From assembly GCA_964653635.1 (NCBI GenBank), contig CAZZGZ010000001.1, positions 73,986 to 137,985 of the forward strand: a DNA stretch of 64,000 nucleotides, given 5' to 3'. The DNA is from an uncultured Lachnospiraceae bacterium (GTDB lineage: Bacteria; Bacillota; Clostridia; Christensenellales; UBA1242). The notes beneath the pieces are model-generated. The model worked only from the letters and a program-made list of their open reading frames with translations, was not told where the DNA came from and did not search any database. The position numbers and the translations under genes are program-made. Positions 1 to 8,439 of the stretch are shown here, one piece after another (position 1 is the stretch's first letter; every line of letters begins with the position of its first letter).

Positions 1-198
1 TCCACTCACCACATCAGCAAGGTCAAAAACAACTTGCCTCTCACAGCACAACACAACATCTAAATTATTTAATCCTATATCACAATCAATTAAAAGTGTG
101 CGAAACCCCAGACTTGAAAGATTAATACCAAGATTTGCACATATGGTAGTCTTTCCAACTCCGCCCTTGCCAGAAGTGAAAACAATTTTACGTGCCAT
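1..198 (-). CDS. minD: Septum site-determining ATPase MinD, N-terminal part (the gene runs out of the window at position 1)
   Basis: Reverse translation from the ATG at 196-198 gives MARKIVFTSGKGGVGKTTICANLGINLSSLGFRTLLIDCDIGLNNLDVV. The deviant Walker A KGGVGKT is typical of MinD/ParA. An AGGAGG RBS lies at 203-208. Confidence 0.85.
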   Translation of the reverse strand, partial: MARKIVFTSGKGGVGKTTICANLGINLSSLGFRTLLIDCDIGLNNLDVVLCCERQVVFDLADVVSG

Positions 199-244
199 TA
201 CACCTCCTGTACCATTTTTATCATCATAACATATTAAACTAAAT

Positions 245-271
245 AAAAAAGAACGAATATTCGTTCTTTTT
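245..271 (-). terminator. Intrinsic terminator after the ABC exporter operon
   Basis: Palindrome GAACGAATATTCGTTC (251-266) is flanked by an A-run and a T-run, about 20 nt past the stop at 292. Confidence 0.75.
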
Positions 272-291
272 GTTGCATTTTGGTATATGTC

Positions 292-2379
292 TTATATTTC
301 TTCAAATTGACTATTATACAAACTTGCATAAAAACCATTTTGTGCTAAAAGTTGTTCATGAGAACCCTGTTCAATAATGTCACCATCTTTCATTACTAGA
401 ATAAGATCAGCATTTTTTATAGTTGATAGTCTGTGTGCAATAACAAAAGATGTTCGATTCTTAGTAAGCTTATCCATTGCTTCTTGTATAATTTTTTCCA
501 TTCGAGTGTCTACTGAGCTAGTTGCCTCATCCAAAATTAACATCGGACTATTTTGTATCATGGCACGTGCAATAGTCAATAATTGTTTCTGACCTGCCGA
601 TATTGTGGTATTATCATCTAGTATTGTGTCATATCCTTGCGGTAAAGTTTTAATAAAGTGATGTATTCCACATGCTCTGCAGGCATCTTCAACTTGTTCG
701 TCAGTTACACCTTCTTTTGAGTATTTAATATTATCTCTTACAGATGCGTTATAAAGCCAAGTATCTTGAAGAACCATTGAGAATAATTCATGAACATTTT
801 CCCGAGTTAATTCACTTGTTGGTACGCCATCAATTAATATCTCTCCACTGCCTACTTCATAAAACCTCATTAACAGATTGACCATAGTAGTCTTTCCAGC
901 TCCAGTCGGTCCAACTATTGCTACTTTTTGCCCCGCTTTTATCTTTGCTGAAAAATCTTTAATAATAGTTTTATCTTCATTGTAGCCAAATTTCACATGT
1001 CTAAACTCAACATCACCTTTTACATTTTCAAGTCTAAATGTTTTATTTGACTCATCCTCAAGTTCTTTTTCGTTTAAAAACTCAAATACACGCTCACTTG
1101 CTGCACCTGCAGATTGTAAACTCGTGAGATTTTGAGCAATAGATGAAAGAGGCTGTGAAAATAGACGTACATAAACAATGAAAGCTACTATAATACCAAA
1201 TGTAATAGTTCCATTATTAACAAGCAATGCACCAACTATACATACTACCACGTATCCAAAGTTACCAATAAATCCCATAAGTGGTCCCATAAGCCCTGAT
1301 AAGAATTGAGATTTCCAGCCTGAAACGTAGAGTTTTTTATTGAATTCGTTAAATTTTCCTTCCATTTTTGCGTTAGCATTATAAACTTTAACCACATCAT
1401 GTCCTGAATATACCTCTTCGACATGGCCATTCAAATTGCCCAAATTTTTCTGTTGCATGACGAAATATTTTTGGCTTTTTGCAAGAACCAAAGCCATTAA
1501 ACTAAAGCCTATCAAAGTTGCAACAATGGCGGAAATTGCTAATAAATAGTTTGTAACAAACATCATTATAACACATCCTACCAAAAGTACACAGGATGTG
1601 ACCATGCTTGAAACTGAGTTATTAAGCGTTTGACCAATAGTATCTACATCGTTTGTTACTCGTGAGAGAATATCCCCATAGGTAGTATTATCCATATATT
1701 TTAATGGCACTTTATTTATTTTTTTAGAAATATCCGAACGCAATCTTTGTGCAGTGCGTTGCGTCACAGTGTTCATAATAAAGCCTTGTATATACGAAAA
1801 AATAGCTGAAAGTACATACAAGATTATAAGAATAATGCCTATTTTGATGACATCATTAATATTCACTTCACCAGAATTGCTAACCCATACTGATAAACTA
1901 TTGTCTTTGAGACTTAAAGCCACTGTTCCAATAGCGACCTCGCCTGAAGTTTTAAGTTCTGACATTGAAAAAGCAAATGGAGGCATCGTTTCGCTTGGCA
2001 CAGTTACAAAATTTTTCTGTCCATCATCATCCTCTACAAATTGCCCATATGTCAAAATTAGGTTATCACTACTTTGGTCATATTTTATGGAAAAACCTGC
2101 TCCACCACCATTTTTAATTTCTACTTCTAGTGTATCACCTGTCATAATACTAGAAAAGTCTTCATCATCTATATCTATATTAGCATAGATACCATCCTGA
2201 ATTATATTGGTCATATCAGAAAGTTTGTTAGGTCCAATTAACGTTAATACCGCACCTGCTATTGCAAGTACAAGTGCGACAATAATGATAAATAGATATG
2301 GCTTGCAATACTTGATTATATTAAGTAAAGATTTTTTAAGGTCTTTTGCCTTACCATAGTTTTGATTCATTTTAGGCAT
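292..2379 (-). CDS. ABC exporter permease/ATPase subunit, BmrD-like, with a large extracytoplasmic insert between TM1 and TM2
   Basis: Six-TM domain plus NBD, with Walker A GPTGAGKTT, signature ISAGQKQ and Walker B LILDEAT. The start is moved to the ATG at 2379 (MPKMNQ) because GAGGAGG sits 6 nt upstream. It overlaps the partner gene by 8 nt. About 125 aa are inserted after TM1. Confidence 0.9.
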   Translation of the reverse strand: MPKMNQNYGKAKDLKKSLLNIIKYCKPYLFIIIVALVLAIAGAVLTLIGPNKLSDMTNIIQDGIYANIDIDDEDFSSIMTGDTLEVEIKNGGGAGFSIKYDQSSDNLILTYGQFVEDDDGQKNFVTVPSETMPPFAFSMSELKTSGEVAIGTVALSLKDNSLSVWVSNSGEVNINDVIKIGIILIILYVLSAIFSYIQGFIMNTVTQRTAQRLRSDISKKINKVPLKYMDNTTYGDILSRVTNDVDTIGQTLNNSVSSMVTSCVLLVGCVIMMFVTNYLLAISAIVATLIGFSLMALVLAKSQKYFVMQQKNLGNLNGHVEEVYSGHDVVKVYNANAKMEGKFNEFNKKLYVSGWKSQFLSGLMGPLMGFIGNFGYVVVCIVGALLVNNGTITFGIIVAFIVYVRLFSQPLSSIAQNLTSLQSAGAASERVFEFLNEKELEDESNKTFRLENVKGDVEFRHVKFGYNEDKTIIKDFSAKIKAGQKVAIVGPTGAGKTTMVNLLMRFYEVGSGEILIDGVPTSELTRENVHELFSMVLQDTWLYNASVRDNIKYSKEGVTDEQVEDACRACGIHHFIKTLPQGYDTILDDNTTISAGQKQLLTIARAMIQNSPMLILDEATSSVDTRMEKIIQEAMDKLTKNRTSFVIAHRLSTIKNADLILVMKDGDIIEQGSHEQLLAQNGFYASLYNSQFEEI

Positions 2380-4123
2380 GGAGTTCCTCCTCAGATAATT
2401 GCGACAAAACAATTTCTTTGTACACCTTACAAGATTTTAGAAGTTGCTCATGAGTGCCAGCACCAACCATCTCGCCTTCATCTAAAACTATAATAAGGTC
2501 TGCATCTTTGATAGTTCCAATACGTTGTGCAACAATCAATTTCGTTGCATCTTTCATATATTTTTTCAAATTTGAGCGTAGTTTTTTGTCGGTTTTGTAG
2601 TCAAGTGCTGAAAACGAATCGTCAAAAATAATTATTTCTGGTTTTCTAGCAACTGCACGTGCAATCGAAAGTCTTTGTTTTTGTCCACCAGACACATTTG
2701 TCCCTGATTGTGAAATTTTTGCATTGACACCCCCAACCTTTTCTACGAATTCTGTACTTTCTGAAATTTTTAATGCCATATTAATGTCATCATCATTTAC
2801 TTGCCCAGTAGCATTTTGCCCAAAATTAACATTATTTCTTATGTCACCGGCAAACAAAATAGCTTTTTGTGAAACATATCCGAGTTTATTGTTGAGCGTC
2901 ACTTCATCATATTCCTTTATATCTTTACCATCTATAGTAATCTTGCCACTAGACGCATCATAAAAACGTGGAACAAGATTGATAAGCGTACTTTTACCCG
3001 ATCCAGTTGACCCTATAAATGCCACTGTTTGACCAGCATGTGCTACAAATGAAATATCTTTTAAAACATAATCATCTGCATCAGGATATTTAAAACATAC
3101 ATTTTTAAATTCAACCTCACCTTTGATATCTGTATCTCCACAAAAGTCACCATATTTAATTGAGCTTTCTGTATCAACCACTTCATTGATACGTCTTGCA
3201 GAAACAATAGCACGAGGCAACATAATGAAAATCATTATAAGCAACATAAAAGCAAGAACAACTTGTAGCGCATAAGAGCTAAACACAATCATGTCACTAT
3301 ATAAACCTAATCTTTCAGTCAATCCAGCATTATTAATTATGAAAGCCCCAATAAGATAAATCGCCAAAGATAAGCCACTCATTACTAAACTCATAATTGG
3401 TGACATTATCTGCATTACACGTCCTACAAAAAGGTGCGTTCTTGTCAGTTTTTTATTAGCTTTTTCAAACTTTTCCTGTTGATAATTTTCAGCATTATAT
3501 GCACGCACAACTCGTAACCCTATCAAATTCTCTCGGGTAACTCTATTTAAGTCATCAGTTCGTGACTGAATAATTTTAAATTTTGGCACTGCTATGAGTG
3601 CAACTGCAATAATAGTTATCAAAAGTACGCAAACTGCCACTGCAGTAGCCGTTGACCATTGCCAACTCTTGCCAAGTATTTTTACAATAGCCCAAACTGC
3701 AAGAATAGGAGCTTTTATAAGTGCTTGAAAGCCAAAAGCAACCGTATTTTGCACCTGAGTAACGTCATTAGTAGTTCGAGTTATTAGACTTGCAGTAGAA
3801 AATTTTTTGATTTCATTTGAAGAAAAATTTTGTATTTTTCTAAATATTTGAAAACGAAGTGTTGCCGCAAGTCCACTTGAAATTATACCAGCACAAAAGC
3901 ATACGCATACCGACAACAAGGCCGACCCTAATGCACATGCAAGCATATAACCGCCATTAATCCATAATTCACTCTCTTGACCTGAGGTAGAAATTATCTC
4001 CGTAATGGCACTCATATAATCTGGAAGTTTCAAATCAAGGTATACTTGACCTACAATTAAAACAACACTTATAGCAACTAATAACCATTGTTTACGATTC
4101 AAATTTTTAAATATTTTAATCAT
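2372..4123 (-). CDS. ABC exporter permease/ATPase subunit, BmrC-like partner
   Basis: TMD plus NBD, with Walker A GSTGSGKST, signature VSGGQKQ and Walker B IIFDDSFSALD. GAGGTG RBS. Translationally coupled to the downstream subunit. Confidence 0.9.
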   Translation of the reverse strand: MIKIFKNLNRKQWLLVAISVVLIVGQVYLDLKLPDYMSAITEIISTSGQESELWINGGYMLACALGSALLSVCVCFCAGIISSGLAATLRFQIFRKIQNFSSNEIKKFSTASLITRTTNDVTQVQNTVAFGFQALIKAPILAVWAIVKILGKSWQWSTATAVAVCVLLITIIAVALIAVPKFKIIQSRTDDLNRVTRENLIGLRVVRAYNAENYQQEKFEKANKKLTRTHLFVGRVMQIMSPIMSLVMSGLSLAIYLIGAFIINNAGLTERLGLYSDMIVFSSYALQVVLAFMLLIMIFIMLPRAIVSARRINEVVDTESSIKYGDFCGDTDIKGEVEFKNVCFKYPDADDYVLKDISFVAHAGQTVAFIGSTGSGKSTLINLVPRFYDASSGKITIDGKDIKEYDEVTLNNKLGYVSQKAILFAGDIRNNVNFGQNATGQVNDDDINMALKISESTEFVEKVGGVNAKISQSGTNVSGGQKQRLSIARAVARKPEIIIFDDSFSALDYKTDKKLRSNLKKYMKDATKLIVAQRIGTIKDADLIIVLDEGEMVGAGTHEQLLKSCKVYKEIVLSQLSEEELHA

Positions 4124-4174
4124 ATTATCACCTCATTAACCCCAAAAACAACCACAAAACTCAATAAATAATTA

Positions 4175-4202
4175 TTTTCTGCTTACAATTATATGCAGAA
4201 AA
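4175..4202 (-). terminator. Hairpin between the 121-aa ORF and the ABC operon (terminator or attenuator)
   Basis: TTTTCTGC - 12-nt loop - GCAGAAAA, followed by a U/A-rich tract on the minus strand. Confidence 0.4.
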
Positions 4203-4226
4203 AAAATGAAAAAGTTAAATATAAAT

Positions 4227-4592
4227 TTAAACTTTCTTGTACTTTTTTGATTTATCTGCTATTATTTTAGACGCAACAGTTAATAATAAATCGTTATCTT
4301 TCGTACTTTGGCAAACGAGTGAAATAAGCTCGTGTGCATTTGAAATGGTAAAAATGTCATTAGAAAAAGTTATGTTCTGGCTCTCCTTACAAGGAAACGA
4401 TTTTATGTATGAATTAAGACTGGATTGTGAAAGATCCGCATCAATAATACAAGCGCTATCGACTGATTTTAAATAACGTTTCACATCATTAGCAAAACTG
4501 CGAATTTCAAAAACTGAAACAGTATTTTTTTTATGAACTTCACAAAATAATGCTATCAAGTTTTCAAAATTCAGTATGTAGTAGCCCATCAT
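4227..4592 (-). CDS. Hypothetical protein (121 aa)
   Basis: ORF with an AAGGAG RBS directly upstream (plus-strand ctcctt at 4597-4602). No recognisable motif. Confidence 0.55.
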   Translation of the reverse strand: MMGYYILNFENLIALFCEVHKKNTVSVFEIRSFANDVKRYLKSVDSACIIDADLSQSSLNSYIKSFPCKESQNITFSNDIFTISNAHELISLVCQSTKDNDLLLTVASKIIADKSKKYKKV

Positions 4593-4849
4593 TTCTCCTT
4601 AGTACATAAATAATATATGCGATGAATCAATAAAATACAACAATTACTATTGACATAGTTTCGAAAAAACAAGAGAAAAAAAACTAGTCTCGTCTGCATA
4701 AGATGTAAAGTCTTATTGCCGACCACAGAAACGAAACACCAATATATTAGCACATTAAAAAAAAATTTCCAAACAATTTACACCATTTTTTGACAATTTT
4801 TTTTCTATCTAGTTTTTATTCTAAAATAGATGTCATATTTTGTTGAAAA

Positions 4850-5146
4850 ATGGCATATACAATGTTGATGGATACGTCTTTTTTAGAACTGAGATGCAAA
4901 GAAGTAATAAATATTGTAGATGGTAAGAAACTAGGACACATAATTGATGTTGTGTTCAATCTTGAAACCTGTCGCCTGCTCGGTGTAGTTGTCCCTGGCG
5001 AAAAGAGTTTATGGAACGTATTTAAGTCAAATAATGAACTCTTTATCGCCATTAATCAAATTGTAAAAATAGGATCAGACTGTATACTCGTGGAAATATG
5101 TGGCAACCAGAAAAATCAAAGCATTTCGCTATTAGAAACAAAATAA
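4850..5146 (+). CDS. YlmC/YmxH-family sporulation protein (PRC-barrel)
   Basis: LELRCKEVINIVDGKKLGHIIDVVFNLETCRLLGVVVPGE...IVKIGSDCILVEI matches the family pattern (L.GKEVINv.dG..lG...D...d...g.i..lvvpg). The start is uncertain because there is no clear RBS; later ATGs are possible. Confidence 0.75.
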   Translation: MAYTMLMDTSFLELRCKEVINIVDGKKLGHIIDVVFNLETCRLLGVVVPGEKSLWNVFKSNNELFIAINQIVKIGSDCILVEICGNQKNQSISLLETK

Positions 5147-5228
5147 ACTTCTTAAACTTTGTATGAATAGAAAAACTATTAAAACACCTCTTTTGTAATT
5201 ATGTTTGTTATGAAATATAACAAGCCAT

Positions 5229-6143
5229 TTAAGTTTTAATTTCTGTATATGCTATCTTATCCAAAAACTCTTTAAAGTACTTTGGCAGTTCACATGTAAA
5301 CGACATCTCTTTATTCGTACGTGGATGTATGAATGAAATAGAAGAAGAGTGTAATAGCTGTCCGTGTAACCCCTTTTCACTCTTTCCGTAGACATCATCG
5401 CCTACAATAGGACAATTTAGATATTTTGCATGAACACGTATTTGATGCGTCCTTCCAGTTCCAAGTTCAAACTGCACTAGCGAATATTTCACAAAGCGTT
5501 TTAGCACTATAAAATTTGTAACGGCAAGTTTACCCGAATCTGAGACAACCATTTTTTTTCTGTCTTTTTTATCCCTAGAAATGTATGTAGTAATAGTCCC
5601 AAAATCATCTTTTAAATTGCCTGACAAAAGAGCAATGTAGGTACGTTTACACTGTTTTGTTTTAATTTGATTTGCAAGATTTACATGTGCCATATCATTC
5701 TTTGCCACAAGCATAAGTCCTGAAGTATTTTTGTCCAGTCTGTGAACAATTCCAGGCCTAAGGTTACCATTTATCCCACTTAGGTCTTTCACCTTATATA
5801 AAAGCCCATTAACTAATGTCCCATTTTTTGTACTTTCACAAGGATGAACTACGAGTCCTTGAGGCTTATTAATTACTAGTAAATCATGATCCTCATACAC
5901 AACCTCAAAATCAATATCTTGAGCAATCGTGGATATTTTTACAGGTTCTAATTCTTCCCATTCTACAATCATTCCATGTTTGAGTTGATAACCAGATTTT
6001 AAAATTTTCTTTCCATCAACAAACACAACACCTCTTGAAATCATATTTTTTACATGAGAACGTGTTGTACCATCAGAATACAAAGAAAGTAAAAAAACGT
6101 CTAGCCTCTCATTTGATTCTTTATTAAAAATAGCTTTTTTCAT
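5229..6143 (-). CDS. rluD: RluA/RluD-family 23S rRNA pseudouridine synthase
   Basis: N-terminal S4 domain, HRLDKNTSGLML catalytic Asp motif, THQIRVH motif. Overlaps lspA by 4 nt, the usual lspA-rluD arrangement. Confidence 0.9.
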   Translation of the reverse strand: MKKAIFNKESNERLDVFLLSLYSDGTTRSHVKNMISRGVVFVDGKKILKSGYQLKHGMIVEWEELEPVKISTIAQDIDFEVVYEDHDLLVINKPQGLVVHPCESTKNGTLVNGLLYKVKDLSGINGNLRPGIVHRLDKNTSGLMLVAKNDMAHVNLANQIKTKQCKRTYIALLSGNLKDDFGTITTYISRDKKDRKKMVVSDSGKLAVTNFIVLKRFVKYSLVQFELGTGRTHQIRVHAKYLNCPIVGDDVYGKSEKGLHGQLLHSSSISFIHPRTNKEMSFTCELPKYFKEFLDKIAYTEIKT

Positions 6144-6673
6144 TTTTTCGCCCTTTTACGCAATTTTATAACGATGTATATCATATATACTACCATAAGC
6201 ACAACACCAATTGTGATGAATGTGTCTGCTAAATTAAACACTGGAAAAGACATAAACTCAAGATTTATAAAATCTCTAACATAGCCATAAGAAACACGGT
6301 CAATAAAATTTCCAATGCCACCACATATTATTAATGCAAAACTTATGTGATAGAGGTAATTTTTAGTATGATGAGAAAAATAAACATAAAGTAGCATGAT
6401 AATAAATAATAGGGTCATAATAATCAAAATTGTCCCATTATTTGAAAATAAACCAAAAGCCATACCAGTGTTTTCAACATATATAAACGAAAAAATACCT
6501 TTAATAACCATGACCTTTTCAGTCAATCCCTCTGCAACATGCTTCGTCACCATGTCAATTACTAAAAGTACACAAAAAATAATGCCAAATGTGAAGTACT
6601 GCCATTTTAACTCTATTAATGTATTACCAAACTTCTTTTTTTGTTCCATTTCTTTATTATAGCACAAAGCCAT
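6140..6673 (-). CDS. lspA: Lipoprotein signal peptidase II
   Basis: Four-TM protein with NTGMAFG and GNFIDR..YGYVRDFI...FNLAD motifs. The start could instead be the ATG at 6649. Confidence 0.88.
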   Translation of the reverse strand: MALCYNKEMEQKKKFGNTLIELKWQYFTFGIIFCVLLVIDMVTKHVAEGLTEKVMVIKGIFSFIYVENTGMAFGLFSNNGTILIIMTLLFIIMLLYVYFSHHTKNYLYHISFALIICGGIGNFIDRVSYGYVRDFINLEFMSFPVFNLADTFITIGVVLMVVYMIYIVIKLRKRAKK

Positions 6674-6705
6674 TTAAAATCAAATTAAAATCAGCAAAGC
6701 CCCTT

Positions 6706-6948
6706 TCAATTTTCTGCCGACTTTTCTAATTTTTTTGCGACTACTCCCTCAATTTTTTCAACAATAAAACAATGTGTCGAAAAAACACAAAAATAAAGTG
6801 GCAAAAGATATAAATCATACCCTCGCATGTTGAATACTGCAACTCCCAACACCCAAATTGTTATTGTGATAATAAGAATATCATCCTTATTCGCTTGTTT
6901 TAATTTCTTAAAAATGCCCCTAAAATTGTAATAATACAATTTTGACAA
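6706..6948 (-). CDS. Possible small membrane protein (80 aa, TTG start)
   Basis: The ORF has two hydrophobic segments. The only available start is a TTG with no RBS, and it abuts the stop of a 15-aa micro-ORF. Confidence 0.3.
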   Translation of the reverse strand: MSKLYYYNFRGIFKKLKQANKDDILIITITIWVLGVAVFNMRGYDLYLLPLYFCVFSTHCFIVEKIEGVVAKKLEKSAEN

Positions 6949-7100
6949 TTAATGTCGGAAGTCATACTCGAACATGATCCATTGCCAAAGTTTCATGACT
7001 TTCCTCTTTTTTAAGTTTGTTATGCCTAATTTGATAATTTTTAATAAAATAGTCACATTATATATTAATAAAAAATTTTGAATTTATCGAATAGCACTGA

Positions 7101-7136
7101 TGGTAGTGGTATGTACATACTATCCACTATATATAT
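7101..7136 (-). repeat. AT-rich quasi-palindromic element, copy A
   Basis: tggtagtggtatgtacatactatccactatatatat shares the GTGGTAT-GTAC-ATAC..CCAC..CTATAT pattern with copies B-G. Confidence 0.6.
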
Positions 7137-7170
7137 TGCATATTATATAAATGAGACTAATAATCTTTAC

Positions 7171-7201
7171 AAAAAAATAAAAACGAACTACTAATTCGTT
7201 T
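7171..7201 (-). terminator. rpsT terminator
   Basis: AACGAA - ctactaa - TTCGTT hairpin immediately after the stop codon, followed by a U-run. Confidence 0.75.
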
Positions 7202-7477
7202 TTATTTTTTAGCTGATTTTAAGTTTTCAATCTTTTTTGCATAATGAGCTTTTTTACGATCAGCACTGTTTTTATGAATTAAATTTTTGCTTACAGCACT
7301 ATCTAAAGTTGAAGTAACAACATTGTATTGTTTTTCAGCTTCTTCAACATTATTTTCAGCAATCAAAGTCCTGAGCTTTTTAATTTCAGTTTTAAGTCTA
7401 GATTTTTGAGAATTATTCTTTTTATTTCTTTCTCTTTCTATAACCACTCTTTTCTTTGCAGATTTGATGTTTGCCAT
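7202..7477 (-). CDS. rpsT: 30S ribosomal protein S20
   Basis: MANIKSAKKRVVIERERNKKN... The start is set at the ATG at 7477, which has an AAAGGAG RBS. Confidence 0.95.
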   Translation of the reverse strand: MANIKSAKKRVVIERERNKKNNSQKSRLKTEIKKLRTLIAENNVEEAEKQYNVVTSTLDSAVSKNLIHKNSADRKKAHYAKKIENLKSAKK

Positions 7478-7577
7478 TTTTTTCTCCTTTAAAATGATTA
7501 TCTTTGTCATTATATCATAATAAAAAAAGATTTGCAAGTTTTTTTATAAAATTTTTTAAGCGAGTCAATAATTAGAC

Positions 7578-8351
7578 ATGAGAGATTTAATAGACGAATG
7601 CTCTGTCGATTTAAAAAATAGTGGATACGAAACAAAAGAATATAAAAAACTAAACATAAGTGTTTCTACTTTAGATATAAAAAATAAGCGTGATGAACAA
7701 AAATATGGATTTGAACGTGGTAGATATGAAATAATATCTTGTAATGGCTTGTTTTTATTTAGTGATGATAGTGTTGACAACACACAAAGTATACTTATAA
7801 AACGTTTCAGCAGTTTACTTTCAAAGAAAAAAATTAAAAATACATCCAGATTGCTCATCGTTGGACTTGGCAATCCAGAAATACTTGCTGATAGTTTAGG
7901 TGTCAAAGTCGTTGAAAAAATCGGATGCACTGCTTATAAATCGAATAATAACATATATAAATTTACTCCAAATGTTTTTATAAACACTGGCGTATCGTCT
8001 TTTGAAATGGTACTCGTGCTTGTGGAAGCTTTTAACATTGATGCGGTAATACTTATAGACAGCTTTGCTAGTAGCAATCTTACACGCCTTGCTACCACTT
8101 TTCAATTAAACGATGCAGGGCTAACTCCTGCAAGTGCAGTAAACAAATTCGGTCAAAAAATTTCAAAAGCAACATTACACGTTCCTTGTTTTTCTATTGG
8201 TGTACCATTGATGATATATTCATCCGACATAAATAAAAACGCCAAACCAAATATTCTTTTATCACCTAAGGATATCGCAAAAAATGTGGACCAACTTTCG
8301 ACTATAATCGCCAATGCAATAAATAAAATATTAGATATAAAAGCAATTTAA
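7578..8351 (+). CDS. gpr: Spore germination protease GPR (short form, 257 aa)
   Basis: LLIVGLGNPEILADSLG and DAVILIDSFAS...TTFQLNDAGLTPASAV match the two catalytic-Asp regions of GPR. The divergent rpsT neighbour matches Bacillus. Confidence 0.8.
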   Translation: MRDLIDECSVDLKNSGYETKEYKKLNISVSTLDIKNKRDEQKYGFERGRYEIISCNGLFLFSDDSVDNTQSILIKRFSSLLSKKKIKNTSRLLIVGLGNPEILADSLGVKVVEKIGCTAYKSNNNIYKFTPNVFINTGVSSFEMVLVLVEAFNIDAVILIDSFASSNLTRLATTFQLNDAGLTPASAVNKFGQKISKATLHVPCFSIGVPLMIYSSDINKNAKPNILLSPKDIAKNVDQLSTIIANAINKILDIKAI

Positions 8352-8439
8352 CTCATTTATCACGTAAGATACAACTACAAAAGTCAAATAATAGCTAAAT
8401 AAATCAATTACTGATATTCTTCTTGTTCTATCGAGATGT

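Noticed and set aside
1754-2188. Antisense ORFs inside the ABC, YhaN-like, ligA, fusA, rpsG, sigE and sigG genes (e.g. 1754-2188, 9413-9889, 39093-39497, 35596-35907, 52423-52725)
   Set aside because: All lie opposite well-supported coding frames. Their translations are Ser/Leu/Phe-rich mirror products, and no independent expression signals are present.
4124-4170. Short TTG- or GTG-initiated leader ORF overlapping the ABC operon start (LSFVVVFGVNEVII)
   Set aside because: It has no RBS and a non-ATG start, and the reading frame is created by a G/T-rich tract. There is insufficient evidence for a leader peptide.
7565-7930. 121-aa minus-strand ORF overlapping the start of gpr
   Set aside because: It is antisense to gpr, whose frame carries family motifs. 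The ORF would also run through the rpsT/gpr promoter region.
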